Made by a program: the position numbers and the translations under genes. Below, piece by piece: positions 41,650-48,272 of a DNA stretch of 48,272 bases (within the stretch, counting starts at the first letter, position 1; each line of letters opens with the position of its first letter). The DNA comes from an uncultured Gammaproteobacteria bacterium (GTDB lineage Bacteria > Patescibacteriota > Patescibacteriia > UBA9934): assembly GCA_964582615.1 (NCBI GenBank), contig CAZORP010000008.1, forward strand, positions 3,165 to 51,436. Reading direction: 5' to 3'. Below the pieces are notes generated by a model. It was not told where the DNA came from. It saw nothing but the letters and a program-made list of their open reading frames with translations, and ran no database searches.

Positions 41650-42708
41650 CTACTCAGATTGGTTATTTGTAACAATAGCCTCATCAAGCGAGGAAACCAC
41701 CTCAATCCATAGAGATCCCGGGGAAAGCGTAGCAACCGATGTATCCATCTTTGTGAGAGATAGAGGGGATTTATCGCTATCTTTGTGCCACAAAACCTCT
41801 TCACACGATCCATCGCGACACAATAGCGCACGACCGCTTCCAAGGGTAGTAATCGCGCGACGACCGACGTCATCAATAACCGAAATATCCGTCTCAAGAA
41901 CAAGTACATTCTTCGCAAGAGTCACCTCTCCCGAAGAAGCAAGCACAGGCTCATTCTTTCGCGTGCGCACATAGCCATCAGCTGTGCATGTCCACACCAC
42001 GTCATAACCACTCCCCCAAGCAAGAGCAACATCTTCGCATGATTGATTATCGTGAGACTTTGCATCATCAAAAACAAAGCCGTAACGAGTTTCACTCGCG
42101 TCAGACTTTTGTCGATCTGCATATGCAAAGAGCAGTGCGGTTGACGTATAGGCATTGTGCGGGGCGGTTCGATAAGAATCCCTCCAGAAAAATGACCCAT
42201 TCCAGAATTCATTCATATCGTAGAGATCCTGAGTTTCTTCAAGAAGAGCAAGCGCCTCAGGACTTCCTCCAACGTGAGCATATATCGCTGAAGAAAAACC
42301 GGAAATCCATGATACATAGTATGGACGAGCCGATCGTACGGGTCCGATTTTTGTTACCTCATCAGCATCCTCAGCGAAACATGCAACAAAACGTGGGATA
42401 TTTCCTTCAACAGGCGCTTCTATAACAAGAAATGCTCGCTCAACGCCAGAAAGTGGCCATGCATCGGCACTATTTTCAACCATAACACACGCAACTCTTG
42501 GCATAGGAACGGCTTCTGAAGAAGCCTCTCCCGTAAGTGGATGATGAAAAACTTCGGCAGGCTGAACTACAGCAGAACTCTCACCGCTGACGTCCGTTGA
42601 GGTTGGCGAAGCAAGAAAAACGTTACGCATGAGTATTGCAAAAAACCCCGCACCGAGCACAAAAAGAAAACCTGCCACGATACCAAGGATTCTTCGCGAA
42701 ATTTTCAT
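41650..42708 (-). CDS. DUF3048 (YerB-like) secreted/anchored protein
   Basis: An N-terminal TM/signal segment is followed by RVACVMVENSADAWPLSGVERAFLVIEAPVEGNIPRFVACF...GPVRSARPYY, typical of DUF3048. Confidence 0.8.
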   Translation of the reverse strand: MKISRRILGIVAGFLFVLGAGFFAILMRNVFLASPTSTDVSGESSAVVQPAEVFHHPLTGEASSEAVPMPRVACVMVENSADAWPLSGVERAFLVIEAPVEGNIPRFVACFAEDADEVTKIGPVRSARPYYVSWISGFSSAIYAHVGGSPEALALLEETQDLYDMNEFWNGSFFWRDSYRTAPHNAYTSTALLFAYADRQKSDASETRYGFVFDDAKSHDNQSCEDVALAWGSGYDVVWTCTADGYVRTRKNEPVLASSGEVTLAKNVLVLETDISVIDDVGRRAITTLGSGRALLCRDGSCEEVLWHKDSDKSPLSLTKMDTSVATLSPGSLWIEVVSSLDEAIVTNNQSE

Positions 42709-42782
42709 AGATATCTCATGCTATCTCACTCTGAGGAAGGGTTCAAGCGAGAAATAGTACATCTTTACAGGAAATATTTTGC

Positions 42783-42820
42783 ATAAAAAAACAGGCAAGC
42801 TTTCTTTCGAAAATTTGCCC
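42783..42820 (-). terminator. Weak intrinsic terminator after the small Cys-rich gene
   Basis: The minus strand reads GGGCAA-(16 nt loop)-TTGCCT followed by GTTTTTTTA. Confidence 0.35.
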
Positions 42821-42835
42821 GTACGACCCCCCAAA

Positions 42836-43273
42836 CTACGGTGATCTAGGTGGCGGGGTGCAGACTCCCCGCTCTTCTCTCTCCGTGCACGTAACGAGAA
42901 GCCCCTCAACTTCTCTTGCAAAAAACCAACATCCATCACCACACTCCTCACCAACCCCCCACGCCGACGCTGCCTTCCTCCAAGCATCCTCGGGGGAAAA
43001 CTTTTCCCCGTCAAGAAAACACTCCCCATCCCTCAAGGTTCCCAACCCTCCCTTGGGAAACCTCACTCCCAGCAAACCGTTCCCCGGAAGGTCTTTGGCG
43101 TAGCCCGCCAGATTTCCTTCGAGAAGGAAAAAGTCCCCATTGCACAGGGGAAGCTCGACTTTGGGGAGGACTGCTTGCGAAAACAACAAATGCAATGCCG
43201 CCAGCATCGGTGTAGCGGCCAAGATCACCAACCCCACCACTTTTACAGGCGGCGAGCCCTGGTCTTTATTCAC
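42836..43273 (-). CDS. Small secreted/anchored Cys-rich hypothetical protein (145 aa, GTG start)
   Basis: A strong Shine-Dalgarno sequence sits 6 nt upstream of the start (taAGGAGatccaaGTG). It has an N-terminal hydrophobic segment (VKVVGLVILAATPMLAALHLLF), 6 Cys and a downstream terminator-like hairpin. I recognised no homology. Confidence 0.55.
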   Translation of the reverse strand: MNKDQGSPPVKVVGLVILAATPMLAALHLLFSQAVLPKVELPLCNGDFFLLEGNLAGYAKDLPGNGLLGVRFPKGGLGTLRDGECFLDGEKFSPEDAWRKAASAWGVGEECGDGCWFFAREVEGLLVTCTEREERGVCTPPPRSP

Positions 43274-43483
43274 TTGGATCTCCTTACGCCAATTACAACT
43301 TTTGCATTTTACACCACGTAAAACACGAGAAGTAGGACTTGCGGCGCAGCAAGTCTCGCAGAAAGAGATGTTTTAAGAGAAACGATCTTTTTTTGCGAGA
43401 CTATCTGTGCACACAAAACAATTGGCAAGCATGGAATTGTAAAAAGAACCGCAAGAAATGTAGCACATTTTTCTCGAAATAGC

Positions 43484-43511
43484 AAAAAAACACCACCCTT
43501 GCGGATGGTGT
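43484..43511 (-). terminator. Intrinsic terminator after rplY
   Basis: The minus strand reads ACACCAtCCgcaaGGgTGGTGT followed by TTTTTTT. It starts about 15 nt after the stop at 43526. Confidence 0.55.
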
Positions 43512-43525
43512 TTTGTATGTATCTA

Positions 43526-44185
43526 TTAAGCCTTTTCCTCAGTTTCTTCCTCAGCCTTCTTCTCCTTCAATACCTCAACTTGAGATACATCGAAGTCTAC
43601 AGCGTCGTTAAGTGCCGCAAGTTCCGCTTCGGAACGAGGTGCCTGTACCGATGCAACGGCCATGTGGGCATCGTTCTTGATTTCGATTCCTTCCGGAACA
43701 ACGATATCAGAAACGTGGATAACATCATCAAAGGATGCAAGTCCAGAAACATCAACCGTAATCTCAGGAACAAGCTTTGCTGGAAGTGCGAACACTTCAA
43801 CTTCTTCAAGGGATTGAACAAGGGTTCCACCATGGTTCTTTACCGCAGGAGCTTCTCCTACAAGTACCAAGCGAATGTGTGCTTCAATCTTTGCGTTTTG
43901 ATCAATTCGTCGGAAATCTGCATGAGAGAAGAAGTCCGTCAAAGGATCGCGCTGAGTGTCGGCGATAAGTACTGGATGAGAAACGCCATCGAGCACAAGC
44001 TCAACAACGGTACTTTCACCAGCTTTTGCATATGCTTTTACGAAAGCATTGCGGTCAACAGTGATGCTTACAGGTTCAGTACCAAAACCGTACATAACCG
44101 CAGGAACACTTCCTGCTGCACGCAATGCATTGGTAGAACGACCTGAAATTTCGCGCTTTTGCGCGGTAAGGGTTACTTGGTCCAT
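43526..44185 (-). CDS. rplY: 50S ribosomal protein L25, Ctc (long) form
   Basis: LTAQKREISGRSTNALRAAGSVPAVMYG is followed by the Ctc C-terminal domain and an acidic tail. The ATG at 44185 is preferred over the TTG at 44194. Confidence 0.88.
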   Translation of the reverse strand: MDQVTLTAQKREISGRSTNALRAAGSVPAVMYGFGTEPVSITVDRNAFVKAYAKAGESTVVELVLDGVSHPVLIADTQRDPLTDFFSHADFRRIDQNAKIEAHIRLVLVGEAPAVKNHGGTLVQSLEEVEVFALPAKLVPEITVDVSGLASFDDVIHVSDIVVPEGIEIKNDAHMAVASVQAPRSEAELAALNDAVDFDVSQVEVLKEKKAEEETEEKA

Positions 44186-44221
44186 ATCGCGCAATAGTTT
44201 GCCAAAAAAGAGGGGTATGTG

Positions 44222-45322
44222 TCAAATGGTTCTCGCGCGAACCTCCCAAGACGCACGAAAAAGAATGCCCAGAAGGACACTCGTCATAAGAAGCGACGTT
44301 CCACCGTAACTCACCAAAGGCAGGGTGATTCCCGTCACCGGCAGAACCCCCATATTCCCACCGATGTGAATAAATACAGGGATACAAAGGAAGGCGCCTC
44401 CCCCGTATAAAAGCGCCCGAAGGAACCTGTCCTCAGAAGCTCGGGCCGTGCTAAAAAGGCGAATAACGACAAATCCAAAAGCTAAAAGCACTAATCCGGC
44501 ACCAATAAAGCCAAACTCCTCAGCAATAACTGCAAAAATAAAATCCGTCTGACTTTCCGGCAAGAACTGCAACTGACTCTGGCTTCCTCCGGCAAATCCG
44601 CGCCCAAACCATCCTCCGGATCCAATAGCAATCATCGCCTGATTGACGTTGTACCCCGTACTAAGGGGATCTGCGGCAGGATTTAAAAATGTGGAAATAC
44701 GATCCTTCTGATATTGAGAAAAGAACACCGTCCAGCCCAAGAGAAAAAGCACCAATCCCCCACCCAAGGCTCCAAGAATCCAACGCCACGAGATACCCGA
44801 CAAAAACACCATGACACCGGCCGCGCCAAGAAATAACAACGCTCCACCAAGATCAGGCTGTAGCTGTAAAAGAATAGCCATGGCCCCAACCATTCCCCCG
44901 ATACGCAAAACGGTTGCACGAGAAAGCGGATAACGGTCATCTTCTGAGAGAATTTTACTTGCGTAGAGTAAAAATGCGATTTTCGCCCACTCAATCGGCT
45001 GAATACCGAAGTTCCCCACAACAAACCACCCCCGAGCGCCATTGAGCGTTCTTCCAAAAAAAAGCACCGCAACCATACCGATAACCGCAGAAACCCAAGC
45101 TAGGTAAGCGTACTGTCGATACGCTACGGCGGGTTGCGTAATAAGTACCCCTGCGGCAATGACCCCAAGAACAGCGGCAAAAGTTTGTTTTGTAAGAAAC
45201 GCAAACGAACCACCAGACTGCGCAAGCTCTCCAGAGCCGATTGCGATAAGTCCCATGGAAAAAAGGAAGATAACCGCAAGAAAAAGCCACCAATCAAACC
45301 AGGCAAGCACTTGGCGTTGCAT
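44222..45322 (-). CDS. SEDS family peptidoglycan glycosyltransferase (FtsW/RodA/SpoVE)
   Basis: 366 aa with about 10 TM segments. Motifs GARGWFVVGNFGIQPIEWAKIAFLLY, TDFIFAVIAEEFGF, GVLPVTGITLPLVSYGGTSLL. Confidence 0.88.
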   Translation of the reverse strand: MQRQVLAWFDWWLFLAVIFLFSMGLIAIGSGELAQSGGSFAFLTKQTFAAVLGVIAAGVLITQPAVAYRQYAYLAWVSAVIGMVAVLFFGRTLNGARGWFVVGNFGIQPIEWAKIAFLLYASKILSEDDRYPLSRATVLRIGGMVGAMAILLQLQPDLGGALLFLGAAGVMVFLSGISWRWILGALGGGLVLFLLGWTVFFSQYQKDRISTFLNPAADPLSTGYNVNQAMIAIGSGGWFGRGFAGGSQSQLQFLPESQTDFIFAVIAEEFGFIGAGLVLLAFGFVVIRLFSTARASEDRFLRALLYGGGAFLCIPVFIHIGGNMGVLPVTGITLPLVSYGGTSLLMTSVLLGILFRASWEVRARTI

Positions 45323-45328
45323 ACAGAC

Positions 45329-48272
<2,944 letters not shown>

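Noticed and set aside
42858-43215. Pro-rich plus-strand ORFs (42858-43103, 42916-43215) in the GC-richer islet, considered as the real gene.
   Set aside because: The minus-strand ORF is supported by AAGGAG 6 nt before its GTG, an N-terminal hydrophobic segment and a downstream hairpin plus T-run. The plus-strand ORFs have no such signals and are low-complexity.

Overview
Gene-dense 48.3-kb chromosomal segment with about 30 protein genes. I saw no rRNA, tRNA, CRISPR array or transposase. Hand-sampled GC is about 48%, and standard stop codons appear to be used.

Housekeeping backbone:
- Minus strand, 11340..39208: nrdR, ftsZ, ftsA, dgkA, ybeY, hflX, a yqeY-like gene, rpsU, hisS, lepB, pgk, an NDH-2-like gene, a DoxX-like gene, gap, tsf, rpsB, queA.
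- Plus strand: rpmE-prfA-prmC.
- Minus strand again: a DUF3048 gene, a small Cys-rich secreted protein in a GC-richer islet, rplY, and a SEDS (FtsW/RodA) gene with an unknown bitopic partner.
- Plus strand: a 3'-truncated gyrB.

The supplied ORF track omits two ORFs that run off the window edges; I recovered both by hand. One is a giant minus-strand gene filling 1..11277 (at least 3,759 codons, C-terminus off-window). The other is gyrB (46331..48272).

About 46% of the window (22.3 kb) encodes three secreted or surface proteins:
- The giant 1..11277 protein has a signal peptide, a duplicated Gly-rich solenoid-like region, and then 28+ Ca-loop/Ig-like modules arranged in higher-order repeats.
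- A 3,068-aa protein.
- A 597-aa protein.

The best candidate for a new system is the co-directional block 15328..28675. Two proteins there have an N-terminus that looks like a TrbC/VirB2-type (T4SS) pilin, fused to large ectodomains (Big_5/IPT Ig domains, Cys-rich CGDG repeats, a pilin-like head, a C-terminal vWA with MIDAS). Three bitopic proteins with thrombospondin-type-3-like Ca-binding repeats follow. All five genes are 2-6 nt apart and run straight into ybeY-dgkA-ftsA-ftsZ-nrdR.

Secondary observations:
- A recurring -10 (often TGn-extended) element 7-11 nt upstream of several start codons, suggesting leaderless mRNAs.
- A DoxX/NDH-2 redox pair inserted between gap and pgk.
- A structured rpsB leader.
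- A long imperfect inverted repeat in the largest intergenic gap.

The gene content suggests a Patescibacteria/CPR-like streamlined genome. That is inference only. All Pfam/TIGRFAM family names are from memory and need profile searches to confirm.
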